DNA of 60,561 nucleotides, counting the filler, from Ionaspis alba (Eukaryota), in NCBI GenBank assembly GCA_964255285.1. It is 7 parts of 7 records of this genome, joined end to end, with 100 filler letters (N's around TTAATTAATTAA, not from the genome) between each part and the next. Parts side by side here need not be neighbours in the genome. Positions count along the whole stretch, not along the records: positions 34,722 to 43,281 come from CAXUUL010000733.1; positions 43,382 to 51,939 come from CAXUUL010000734.1; 5 more parts are not named here. One strand, written 5' to 3'. Position 1 is the first letter of the stretch. Every line of letters starts with the position of its first letter. Shown piece after piece: positions 38,154 to 49,615 of this stretch. The notes under the pieces are model-generated. The model was given only the letters and a program-made list of their open reading frames with translations, did not search any database and was not told the DNA's origin. Made by a program: the position numbers and the translations under genes.

Positions 38154-41021
38154 ATGTTGAACGGAATACTGAAGATGACCGTTAACGGCAGAGAAAGTCG
38201 GTCTAGCAGATCAGACGACGAGGCACACGATCAGATAGGTTCCACCAGTGCCACACCATCCGGAGTCGCCACCCCCCGCCCCGATCCGTCAGATAAACGA
38301 TTTCCCGGCATAATGCATGGTTATTTTGGTCAGGTGGGTTCCAAATCTACTACAAGCCCTCGCACGTCCGATCGCTGTCCCTTGACCACTCCGATGCTGG
38401 ATGGGGGAGTTGCGAGCTTCACACCTGAGCATCGACGAGAGACGATGGCTCCCGACAATGCGCTTCCTACGGCTCCAAATTCGCCTCTCCAAGATCCGCA
38501 AGACAGGAAGTCTCCTGTTTTACAAAACTTGGCGTCTGAGCACCTAGGAGCATCTGGGACATCGCTGAGAAGCTCTGCCTACCCAACACCACCGATGTCA
38601 TCCGCCTCATCATTTACTACTCAGAAAGAGAAGGAGAACAACGGGAAGCCCGGCGGTGTTGCGCGTTCTACGGGAGGTTCGAGTGCTGGTCGCCCTCCAT
38701 TAGGACGGCAACAATCAGCAACGGACGTGATTCCCTTACGGACGCGTGGACACACTCCTGGCCTCAAGTCGTTGTCGGGCATCATCACGGACAGCCCAGT
38801 GCACGCTGCGCATCTGTCAAATCCTACAAGTGCTCGTTCTTCGACCACTCCTAGCACCCCTACCAGTGAATTTTCACAAACCTCTGCCATTACTTCTTTA
38901 TCTTCGTATCTAGAACTGGCAAAGCTGACTGAGAACGTGGCTTCTTTGCCACGGCAAAAGAGTACTCCTCCACTCACACCAAGAGCATTGTCCAACGATG
39001 ACTCCGACTCGGGCAGGAAAGCACCTGCACCTACCTCGAATCCTACACAATCTCCTCCAGACGATGCATTGTTCAGTTCCACTCAACAAGAAGCCGCGAA
39101 GAATGAGAGTTCGACGGATCTCTCATCGAGCCAAGATCCTCTACCAGTTGGTCCTCCTAAGGGCAAGCTTTCCATAAAGATCTCGGCAGCCAGAGGACTT
39201 CGACCGAGTTATGATCCATACGTTGTGTGCGTGTTTGAGTGGAATGAATACATCTCGAAAGGTCCAAAGTTGGAAGATTCGGATATGGAAAAGAACGATA
39301 CCAAGGGTCGGGAAGAAGGTCTGCCTATAAAGAGGTCGGGAAGTGATATGGGAAGATCGATGGCCATTCCCATGAAGAGTCGCCAGAGTAGCACAACCAG
39401 CTTGTCGGACCAGAAGAACTTCAAAAGTGGAAGACAGGTCACAGATCCGTCATGGGAGCATGAAGCCACATTGTATGTTGAATGAGTCAATTGTGACAAA
39501 GCTGTGAAAGGTATTGACATGACCTTCAGTGACGTACTCGGAAAGAATTCAGACATCGACTTCTACGTCTACGATAGATCAAATTCAGAAGCATTCCTCG
39601 GACACGTTCGGTTGACGCCAAATATGAGTGAAGACAATACTGAGCTTGAGGGCTGGTTCAAGCTAGAGCCCAGAGACGCACAAGAAGAGAGCGTTAGTGG
39701 AGAGATCCATGTCTCGCTACGGTTTCAAAGGACAGAGAAGAAACACTATGGTCCTGGCGACTTCACAATACTGAAGCTCATTGGGAAAGGTCAGTCACAC
39801 TTCATTTCCTGCTCATATATTATACTGACGTATCTTGAAGGGACGTTCGGTCAGGTTTATCAGGTACGAAAGAAAGACACTCTACGGATATACGCTATGA
39901 AGGTGTTGTCGAAGAAGGTCATCATCCAGAAAAAGGAGATTGCACATACATTGGGGGAAAGGAACATTCTTGTCCGAACGGCCATGGCAGATTCGCCCTT
40001 CATTGTGGGGCTCAAATTTTCATTCCAAACGGAAAACGACCTCTACCTTGTCACCGACTTCATGTCTGGAGGAGAACTATTCTGGCATCTACAAAAGGAG
40101 GGTCGATTCAACGAAGCGAGGGCCAAATTCTATATCGCGGAACTCATTCTGGCACTTCAACATTTACATCAACACGATATTGTTTACCGAGACTTGAAAC
40201 CTGAGAATATCTTACTCGACGCAAATGGACACATCGCTCTGTGCGATTTTGGACTTTCCAAGGCTAATCTTACGAAGAACGATACCACAAATACCTTCTG
40301 TGGAACGACCGAATACCTGGCCCCTGAAGTTCTCCTAGACGAGCAAGGCTATACGACCATGGTGGATTTCTGGTCACTCGGAGTTCTGGTCTTCGAGATG
40401 TGCTGCGGATGGAGTCCGTTCTACGCAGAGGATACACAGCAGATGTATAAGAATATTGCTTTTGGCAAAGTCCGCTTCCCACGAGATGCATTGAGCACAG
40501 AGGGCCGCAACTTTGTCAAGGGCTTGCTGAACCGTAATCCAAAGCATCGTCTTGGTGCTACGAACGACGCAGAGGAGCTCAAGGCACATCCGTTCTTTGC
40601 AGACATCGACTGGGATGCCCTGACCAGGAAGATGGTTGTCCCTCCATTCAAACCCAAGCTCAAATCCGTTTCCGACACCTCCAACTTCGACCCCGAATTC
40701 ACCAACGCTCTCACCAATTCTTCTTCGCTGAACGCTAGAGCCGCGGCTCTAGCAACAGGTGTCGTACCTGCCTCTACACCTCTGTCACCAGGCATGCAGG
40801 CGAATTTCAAGGGGTTTACTTTTGTCGATGAAAGCAATATTGATGAGCATTTCAAGAATAATGGACATCTTGATAAGATGGATGAGGATGTGAAGGAGGA
40901 GGATGATGATTGGGAGCATGCTTTTGATCAGAAACACAAGAAGGGTGATCGTATGAGTGGGATTATCAAGACTAGTAGTGCGGATGATGGGATCTTTAAC
41001 CAAGGCCACTTCGACGATTGA
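38154..41021 (+). CDS. SCH9: AGC kinase Sch9 (C2 domain + kinase + hydrophobic motif)
   Basis: Introns ~39473-39529 and 39790-39840; DPYVVCVFEWNEYIS; LIGKGTFGQV; YRDLKPEN; DFGLSKANL..TNTFCGTTEYLAPE; FKGFTFV. Confidence 0.96.
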
Positions 41022-41888
41022 GAGCAACTCCACCTGGTACAATGCTTCTTCGGTATCCCCCTTGTGGATAGCACCCGTTCTTTGTTTTCTCTGCGCCTGG
41101 CCATACGCATCATACATAATCCCTACTTGCGACATACTCTCGCCCATGGATGTTGCTGCCTTCACGGCTCGGTCACCTCTGGTCTGGTCCAGGGTTTCAG
41201 CGGATGCATTTGGCTCTCTACTGGCTCTCGCAGCAGCTTCTCCTTTTTTTCTCGTGACGGATTTGTCACTTACGCATGTACTCATGAAAATATGGTTGTA
41301 ATGTGGAATGCTATGAACATATGGCATTGGGGTGGCGTCTTATTGAAATGATTGCAGAGAGGGAGTTTTGCGAGCGCCTGTTGTTGTGATGGGTGAAAAA
41401 GTGGTTGTGAATGGTTGGCATGGTTGTGCATTCGGTGGACTTTGAGGTGGGGCTTGAGAGGTGGTAGTGAATTTGCAGTTGCCCTAGAGACATGTTGATC
41501 TTGCTTTGCTACTGGTGACTGGTTGCTGTGACATTAACTCGATTGTCCATCTGTGACTCAAGGGTACTCGTAGCGAACTGTCCTTGCGAGGAATTTTATG
41601 AGTCTCTCTATAATGCAATTGTCGTAGATTCCCAGATAGAAGTTTTGACACTCATTGGAGTCATTAGCCTACCCGCGGCTAACCTACACGTGCTTCCATA
41701 TCATCAACGACTTCCATCAATCGATCCAATCTAACCACGACGTCAATAGTTCCTAGAGCAAGACCAAAGCTACTGACTCAAAGACAAGACCACACACTTT
41801 CACCACATCTCACCAATCTGTCTCACATCACCTCTATCAAATCTCCCTCACCCACTAAACGCGACCTACCTTAACTCCAAAAACAACA

Positions 41889-43281
41889 ATGTCTCCTCGT
41901 ACTGACTCTCATCTCTCCCTCTGCCTCGAGCAAGCCTCCAAGTCCCCCTTACATTACCGTCACGGCTGCATCATCGTCAGCGGCGGCAAAGTAATCGGCC
42001 AAGGCTATAACCACTACCGCCCCGGTTTCAACGGCGGCGCTCTCAAGACCGGCAAACTCGCCACCTCCAGCGCCTTCAACAGCCCCGCCATCATGGCCCT
42101 GAAGCAGAAGCGCAAGAAGGAGAAGAGCAAGCCCAAGTCCCTCCAGCAGCAGAGCATACAGTCCCCGCCAGCCTCGCAGACGACTACCTCTACCAACAGC
42201 TCAACCAAGCCCTTCACCCCATTCGAAAACCCCGCCGTCGGCAGTGGCGGCGGCCACCTGGCCAACACGCCCCTCTCCATGCACTCAGAAATGATGGCCA
42301 TCCACTCGGCGCTGTCCCTTTCCGGCCTGCGCGCTTCCCGGTGGTTGGAAAAACCGTGCTATAAACTACCGGGTCGTGGTAAACGACAGCTGCGACTACG
42401 GGGCCTCAAAGCTTACGTCGAGGCTGTCTGTGGCGAGTACCGAGGCGAGGAGAAGAAGGTCGATGGTGGCTGGACCCAAGGGCAAGGGTGGAGGGTTCAA
42501 GGGAATGAGGATCGATGCTGTAGAGAGGGAGGTGGGGTGCAACAAAGGAGTTGGGGTCAACAAGGAGGATGGGGAGGACGGGGAGGAGGAAGAGGAGGAG
42601 AAGGTGCGGGTGTCTATGGGTACGGGTGTGGAGAAAGTCTTTGTGAAGAAGGGATGTGCGGATCATCACGGGAAGAGGGGTCAGGGGAGTGGTCAACACC
42701 GTGGTTTGAGACATGGACGACAGGGACAACAACAGCATGCTGTTAAGATCATCAAGGGGCTTGATAGTCTAAGTATCAGCGATGAGCCTTCTTCGACCGA
42801 TGCCAGCAGTGTCAATGGAGATACGTCCAGCGACGAGGGCTATCAGCGACACAGCAAGAAGAGCATCAAGAAGGTAAGATTCCCCAGCTCAAGCCTTTGA
42901 TGTAAGCTTATGATGACATAGATCAAGAACAACCCTACACTGACAGACGATCCACCCATCCTCCTGCCCCACCGCCGTACAACTCCCCGCACCCACACCG
43001 TCTCCGAGCGCAAAACCGACCCCCGTCTCCGCGGCGCAGATCTCTACGTCGCGCGCCTCGGCTGGAAGAAGAAACAACCTTCCCCTCTACCTTCCACGCC
43101 CTCTGTCCCGGCCCCAAATCCTCCTCTCCTACCGATTCCTGTCGACCCCACCCTCCCATCCATATCCTCGTCACCCGCCTCCCTTAACGACGAACTCCGG
43201 CCCTCCACTCCCCCCCCTCCGCGCTCAGTGGCGTCGGAACAAAAAGAGGACTTGGCATCCGTGACGTCGTCGAGACCGTGC
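41889..43281 (+). CDS. CMP/dCMP-deaminase-like zinc protein, 3'-truncated; internal structure unresolved
   Basis: N-half CLEQASKSPLHYRHGCIIVSGGKVIGQGYN and MHSEMMAI (HxE motif). After intron 42874-42920 comes LRGADLYVARLG, and SSRPC (start of PCxxC) lies at the contig edge. Confidence 0.75.
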
Positions 43282-43381
43282 NNNNNNNNNNNNNNNNNNN
43301 NNNNNNNNNNNNNNNNNNNNNNNNNTTAATTAATTAANNNNNNNNNNNNNNNNNNNNNNNNNNNNNNNNNNNNNNNNNNNN
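43282..43381. other. Artificial contig spacer 5
   Basis: N44-TTAATTAATTAA-N44. Confidence 0.98.
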
Positions 43382-43599
43382 CTTCTTCACAGAACACATT
43401 TTCAAAGCGGCCCACTGTCGTTATGACAGAGTGACAACCTGAACTCAAGCCTCTGGATAGATTCCTCGGGCTTACGATGACAGTTGACAGAGGCTATGGG
43501 TGGAAACCGATGTCTCATTTGGCTCGTATGAGGCTCAGTTCTAAGGACTAGAAATCGCCTAAATAATGGAAACGTGATGACTAAGCAATAATCTGTTCA

Positions 43600-43925
43600 A
43601 TACTATCTTTTTGTTTTAGTACCTCAGACTCTTGAAACACGAGACTTTTTATCGATACGCTGTTTAAAATTAAAATTTCGAAAATTCGTGAATCGAAAGA
43701 AAAATATTGTTTATTAAACAAATAAAAGCGATAATATTCGATTTTTTAAAATTTTGAATAAAATAATGCCGTTTAAATAGATAATAAACAACGGGCAACA
43801 GGCAATAAACGATAATCGATATATAATTTCAATTCAGCCTCTAATAAATAAGGTCACGTCCGATACAACGATTCAATTAACTATATAAAAAGCTAAATCT
43901 ACGATCTTAGAAGATGTTCCTAAAT
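43600..43925. other. AT-rich island, possibly a mutated repeat or transposon relic
   Basis: Abrupt drop in GC; many of the surviving C/G bases are in CpG (TTCG, ATCG, AACG); no ORF. Confidence 0.45.
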
Positions 43926-44071
43926 AGCCATCTCATGATGATTAAGCAGTAGTCTGTGCCATAGAGACATAACTAATCAAGCGCAGAATGCATTTGATTG
44001 AACGCCTAAGTTCTCAACGTTATGCACTATGATAGTGCTAGCAATGTCAGAGCTCCGCTTCAGAGCCCCGG

Positions 44072-45358
44072 CTAATTCATTGACATCTCCTGCTCTATAC
44101 CCTGTCTGATCTCTTTACATGTTTTGGTCTCTGCGCACCTCACCGGCCCCTCTTGCCTGCGTTTCGCAAACTCCGCCGCTCCTTTGGCAGTCGCGTACAA
44201 AAGCATCGATGGCTCCTCATTATAGCCTTGCTGATCCAGCATGTCAAGTGCGTCGGCGGTACTCGAGTCCCTTAACGCTTCCCGGACTGCGACCTTAAAG
44301 CGCTGATCGTTTGCAGAAGAGCCTGTTAGTATGACTTGGGTGATGCGTAATCCGGAGGACTGGGCTAGTTTGCGGATGCGGTTACGGACAGTGTCCCAGT
44401 ATACAGCCTCGAGTACATGGTTTCTCCCAAGACCCAAGCCATGGTCGACGAATGATTCATCCACCCTGCTTTCCTTCGCGCTTTTGATCCACCTCACCGT
44501 TGCACACAGACTTTCAGGCGAAAAGTCGAGATGCAAAAGCCTCGTAGAGGGGTAGATCTGATTGTCCTCTCGCTCACAGACGTATGGGTCGGTATAACAC
44601 TTACAAAGCCCCATTCCGAACCCAGCATAAGCTGCAGAGGAGGCGTAAAAATCCTCCAGTGTGTCGGGCTCAGCCATGAGATTCCTGATGCCTAGATGTT
44701 CGAGAGCGTCAGTGATTTCTTCGGCACTGAAGCTTACTTGGTCGGGAGAACTGAGGACGGCGGCAGTGACTTTTTGGCCATCTCTGAAGACGGACTCCAC
44801 TTGTAATTTCAATTCGGAGATCATTTCTGTCAAGACGGCGGTTGTGGGCGTTGCTGGACGACCTAGTTTCTTCCTAAGGAGCCGTTGGGAGCGCTCTTTG
44901 GCCCAGAGCAGCTTTCCTCTGAACGTAGTCAGGTTATAGGGAGAAACTTTTGAAGATGTAGATGCGAGGCGCCGGAGTAGGTCGATATAGTTGTTATTTC
45001 CAGCAACGTAGGCAACGTCTTGATAAGTGCCGTCATGATGCCTTATTGATGTTGTTCTGAGATTTCAGATTTAGCTGCAGGAGTTCAAAGACCAACGAAT
45101 AAGCAAGATGACGTACCCATATCCCATCTCTAGGCCAAACCCGATGCCTGGTGCTTGAATCTGTTCGGTTGTAGGACAGCGCTTGCACCAAGGAAGTGGA
45201 CATATTCGGACAGTGTCTTCCGGAAGAGGTTCATGAAAAGAGGACTCAGGTGGGCCAACGCCTAGAAAGATCTGTGCGCTACTTGCTTCTAGGAGGGGGT
45301 CTTCAAGGGCGATGACAACAAGAAGGTGCCATAGCAAAAGGGCAATTCGTAGATGCAT
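44072..45358 (-). CDS. Secreted hypothetical protein with actin/Hsp70-like fold signatures, 2 exons
   Basis: Signal peptide MHLRIALLLWHLLVVIA; intron GTACGT...CAG at ~45116-45058; GIGFGLEMGYG, VILTGSSA and YATAKGAAEFA. Confidence 0.65.
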
Positions 45359-45836
45359 AGTACCTGGATTACCAAATGTTTAGACTGTTCTACACGATTT
45401 ATTCTTATACCGCCCCTTCCACCGTCGTTCCTTGCCCGACGAGGCAGGATCGCCTTTCGTGGTTTATACCCTGACTCGCAGTCCATTCTTTGACTCGCTC
45501 CAAGACCATAACCTGATATACAGTACTACATGTTATGAGCAGACCGAAATACAGAAACACGGCTCTAGCAGATGGAACTATAGGAGCTAAAAAGTTGAGA
45601 GACTTGGCAGGCTTGGCAGTAGCTAGCCCATCAGCCTCCACCAACAGGAGCACTACTCCACAGTTGCCAACGCGCCTCGAATCCTTCTCCCCACCAGCTC
45701 CTCTCCCACTGCCTTCTTCTGCCACTGCTCCTCCTTTGATTCCCGGCCTTCCCTTACCGGGGAGCTTAAATGACCGTGGACGCCGTACTCGGGCTTTGCC
45801 AACGCTAGCGGGTCAGCTGACGGTGTGGTGAGTGGA

Positions 45837-45936
45837 NNNNNNNNNNNNNNNNNNNNNNNNNNNNNNNNNNNNNNNNNNNNNNNNNNNNNNNNNNNNNNNN
45901 NNNNNNNNNNNNNNNNNNNNNNNNNNNNNNNNNNNN
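45837..45936. other. Scaffold gap (100 N)
   Basis: Plain N run without the stop linker. Confidence 0.95.
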
Positions 45937-45961
45937 GGTGTCAAACACCGCAAGAGGCACC

Positions 45962-48240
45962 ATGTCCTTTGATACCAAAAAGGAACTCCTTGATCCAGAG
46001 GCGGGCCGCTCGAGCGAGTCACTCCTCGTCAATGACATCGTCAAGACTTTTGCTTGGGATTCGATCAGTGTCACCGTCGAGGACCATGTTACGAAAAAAC
46101 CTAAGTTGATTCTCTCCGGTGTCAATGGTCATGTCAAAGCTGGTTTGTGGCATCTCCCAACCTTATTGTACAACGTTATTCTGACTTCCTCTAGGTGAGC
46201 TGCTCGCGCTCATGGGACCTTCAGGTTCCGGCAAAACGTATGCTTCGTCTTCCGGATACGAATCCTGTTTACTGTTGCTCACATGATGTAGTACTCTTCT
46301 TAATGTCCTGGCGCAACGGGCTGCTGCATCTGGTGCTACTGTGGAGGGCAATGTCCTTATCAATGGATCACAAACCTCAGTCGCAACATTTCGAAAGCTG
46401 AACTCGTACGTGGAACAGGATGACGCTCTCATAGGCTCTTTGACGGTCCACGAGACACTGAGCTTCGCTGCAAAGCTTGCACTTCCCAGGTCGTTCTCGC
46501 GCAGCCATCGTAGAGACCTAGTCAACTTGCTCATACGATCCTTCGGCCTTCAAGGTCAGAGGGACACCTTGATCGGTACTCCCATTCGCAAGGGTATCAG
46601 CGGTGGTCAGAAACGCCGTGTCAGTGTCGCCAGTCAACTGATCACGGGGCCAAAGATCCTGTTCTTAGACGAGTTGACCAGTGGCCTGGACTCCGTCGCC
46701 AGCTACAAGGCAGTGGCTTGCGTCAAACGCTTTGCTCAAGCGAACAACGTAAGTCGCTTTCCCATTACTATCTCCTTGGCTCTACTTGAACTCCTCTGCA
46801 GTTGGTTGTCATTGCAAGTATCCATCAGCCGTCCACGTCGACATATCAACTGTTCGATAAGCTTCTGCTTCTCTCCGCCGGTCGGACATGCTATCACGGC
46901 CCAGTGAATGGCGTCAAGAATTACTTCGATAGAGCGGGATATCATATGCCTGCGATGATCAACCCGGCCGAGTACATCCTTGATATCGTCAATACCGATT
47001 TCGCAGAAGATCGCAGTAAAGCTCGGAGGCAACTGGGCATCCTGCACGAGTGCTGGAGATTTTCGCCTGAGGCCACAAGACTGAAGGACAAAATCAATCA
47101 CGTTCGTCTGACCAAGGAGGAAGTCTGTGTTGATCAGCAGAAGTTTTCTCTTCTGCAGAAGATGTATCTACCTTTTTTACTCTTGCATCGATCCTTCATT
47201 AAGAGCTATCGCGATGTTGTTGCTTATGGTATCCGTATCGCTATGTACACCGGTCGGTTCCCTAGATTCTGGATCACGTGGGAACTGAGGCTGACGGAAT
47301 CCAGGATTGGCCATTATGATGGGAACAGTGTGGCTGCGTCTGGGTAGCGATGAAAAGGCCATTCAGTCATACATCAACGCAATTGTAATCCTCGGTTCTA
47401 TGACCACGTATGTCTAAGTCTTACTGATGATGCTTCAAGTTTTTCGGATCGGCCTTCATGTCTTTCATGGCCGTGGCATATGTGCCGGCCTTTCTGGAAG
47501 ACAGAGCTATCTATATCAAAGAGCGTGCGAATGGCTTGTACGGACCGACAGCTTTCGTCATCAGCAACTTTCTGATCGGGCTGCCGTACTTGTGTAACTC
47601 TCTCTTCCGCCAACTCATTTCTCGAAGCTCGTCAGCTAAGCCATACTAGTCTTCATCGCTATTGTCTTCTCGGTCATTGCCTACTGGCTCTCCAACTTCC
47701 AGCCAAGCGCCCATGCGTTCTTCACGTGGATCATGTGGCTGTTCCTCGATCTTCTCGCCGCAGAATCGCTTGTCGTCCTGATCTCCGCCGCATTGCCAAT
47801 ATTCGTTATTTCTTTGGCTATCACGGCTTTCGCCAATGGCCTTTGGATGTGCGTCGGAGGCTTCCTCGTCCAACCCAACGAGCTGAACGTCTTTTGGCGC
47901 TACGTCTTCCACTACATCGATTACCAGGTAAGTCCTCACAGCTCTTCTCTTCCGTCCCTCGCTTTATGAAGATTCTCAACTGACGCTGCCACGACAGTCG
48001 TATGTCTTTCAAGGAATGATGGTCAACGAGTTCGCTGGCCGTTCATACACGTGCGGCGGGGATTGCAAGTGCATGTATCAAAGCCCGCTGGCTTCCCAGT
48101 GCCGAACCGATGGTCAGGCCGTGCTAGACAGTTTTGGGTACAAGACTGGAAATACTGGTAAGTGGGTCGGCATCCTCATGGCTATCATCTTCGTGTATCG
48201 ATTTCTGGGCTGGATGGTGCTCTATCTCCGCAGGACTTGA
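45962..48240 (+). CDS. ABCG (white-type) half transporter, NBD-TMD, multi-exon
   Basis: Walker A GPSGSGKT|TLL split by an intron; YVEQDD; ISGGQKRRVS; LFLDELTSGLD; SIHQP; RSFIKSYRD; KERANGLY; several TM helices. Confidence 0.92.
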
Positions 48241-49615
48241 GCGGTGAGCAAAAGGTTCAAAGGACGGTTTCATGGCAAGATGGGGTCCGCTTTGAGATGT
48301 GCTGGTGATATCGAATAGATGGTTGTGAGGGCGGTCACATGGGGTTCGGGAAGTATGCTATTCGGGCGTACGCTATTTGCTCTCATCCGGGGTAATTTTA
48401 CAGGTCGGAAGCTTCGATGTGCAGATCAAAAGTCAAATATGGGACATGGGTGTGGATATTTCTATGTACATAACGGAATAGAAGAGGCGCTAATAGAAGC
48501 GTTAGATGAAACTGGTAACGAGGTCAACAGGACCGTGTAATAGAAAGTTTGGCAGGTAGAGACTAACACCCAATGGAGAGTCTTCACTAGCTAGCATTTT
48601 TTTGGACATCATATATCGCAATAGAAGCTTGACAGCCATAGGCACTTGGTTTCAATCTTCAAGTTTCGACTGTAGAACCTCGTCTACTAGCTTAATAACA
48701 ACCTGGGATTAATTACACGACGATTTGTATCCGTATCCTCCATGCCAGTAGTCATGTCCTTATCTTCAACGCCACCTGGCTTGTGCTAGGCCAGTGCATT
48801 TGACGACTAGGTCTGCCTTGTCTCCAAAATGATGCTAGTCGGCGACCTCAGCCATCTGGCTTAGTATATTGCGGCTTCAACGAAATATTTATTATGCGGA
48901 ACAATTCTATTATCGAAAATATTTATGATTAAATACACCGAACGTTGAAAAAAATATTTAAATACGTTATGATATAGGGAGCCAGCGCGAGGCATGTGCC
49001 GCAACGAGTTGGATTAGGACATATGGTGGCAGACGAGGACGTGGTTTGCATCGTCGCAAAATAGGTTAGTTGTTAGTTATATTGCTGCGAGTAGTCTTAT
49101 CATGCTAGATTTGAATCAAGTAATAGATCTTCTTTAGAGTAGGAGTAGATCAGGCATTTGAAGGAGGCTTGGAGCGAAGTGGGATGTTGAGATCAAGACG
49201 AGAGAGTATAGAGTAGAGAAAGTGCAGAGGAGAAGTCCTCCCGATGTAAACGTGTATGAATCATCACAATAGTAAACCAAGACGCAAATGCAGAAGCCAA
49301 AAGCAGCGAATCACGCAAAGGAGGAAAGCCTAGAAAGCACAAGTAGCATGGCAACTTCAACGTGACCATATTCGAGACAGCGACTCAAGAAGCAGCAAGT
49401 CTCAGATGGCAGATAACATACTCCGCGAGCCACGAGGACTATTCGAGATACATCCCTACGATAACATCACAAACACGCATGCACGACATCCTATCCAAGC
49501 ACATCCCCAAGCCGTCAAGGTTTGTTCCTTTTTGTTCGTCCAGCATGACCAGCATTGATCTAACTACTCCACGACCCAATCATCCTTCCCATGAACATCA
49601 TGGCCCATCATTCCC

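Noticed and set aside
45405..45836. Overlapping ~100-aa ORFs on both strands next to the gap
   Set aside because: No recognisable motif, and the region is truncated by Ns.
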